A model generated the notes under the pieces. That model was not told where the DNA came from. It searched no databases and saw nothing but the letters and a program-made list of their open reading frames with translations. A stretch of DNA of 64,000 nt from Harriotta raleighana. Taxonomy: Eukaryota. The position numbers and the translations under genes are program-made. Shown here in pieces: positions 63,461 to 64,000 of this stretch. The stretch's first letter is position 1, and every line of letters starts with the position of its first letter. The DNA lies in contig JBNZDD010013633.1 in NCBI GenBank assembly GCA_050575255.1, forward strand, positions 3,275,470-3,339,469, read 5' to 3'.

Positions 63461-64000
63461 TTCTGTTCTACACACATATTTACACAACTCACAAGATGCC
63501 CAGATTTGCACAAAACACTTGATAGACCCCACTATTCTGAAACAATCACTAGATAAGTAATAGTGAGAAGACACATTTGAGTTTCCCTTCATAATCCCTC
63601 AAATGTTTAGCTGCAGTGAAATTTTTTATAGCAGATCAGGGATAGTCAAAGCAAGAGTCACAGTGCAGATGGACAATGTCAGTAACATTTAGTTCTAAAG
63701 TACCGTTTGCAATCACACCACCAATTCATGTTTCTGGGTATCTCGTGTCAGCTTCATCAGCTTCAGGGTTTTTGATTTCAGTCCATTGTTTTAGGACAAA
63801 ATGATCTGTCGGGAGGTAGGTTTCTTTTAAAAAAGAAAGAAGCAATTTGTGAGGACTCAGCAGCAGATGGGGTGTCATCTGTGAGTTCAGGTGGTGAAGT
63901 GAAGGTAGAGAATATGATAAAAAAACAGGCCAGGAGCCAATGGCCAATGGGTAATGGCAATATGAGGAGGAAGGTATTACGCTCTGGGCTAGTGAGCATC

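Noticed and set aside
1-64000. CRISPR array, operon or other prokaryotic defence system
   Set aside because: No regularly spaced repeat-spacer array and no gene-dense coding; the repeats are dispersed vertebrate retroposons.

Overview
This is a eukaryotic, non-coding, repeat-rich 64 kb window, either intronic or intergenic. I found no credible intact protein-coding gene, and the ORF track is mostly chance ORFs or frames through decayed L2/CR1 LINE ORF2. The repeats are a short tRNA-derived SINE ending in GGATTATT(ATT)n, Deu-domain SINEs resembling SacSINE1/AmnSINE1, LF-SINE-like relics, and L2 and CR1 LINE fragments. This mix points to a cartilaginous fish, plausibly the elephant shark Callorhinchus milii (inference, from recalled consensus sequences). 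Four apparent tandem duplications, each centred on a single N (608, 2622, 32313, 45463), and a 987-N gap (57461-58447) are assembly features. The most notable observations are: a chimeric L2/SINE-core tandem element present twice with different 3' tails; a ~1 kb hAT-like element with a CpG-decayed 8-bp TSD; a fold-back palindrome inside a SINE; a 119-bp hairpin-containing insert with a 14-bp TSD; and several repeat-free, TF-motif-dense blocks that look like conserved vertebrate enhancers. I see no prokaryote-type system (CRISPR, operon, etc.). Repeat boundaries are by eye and approximate.
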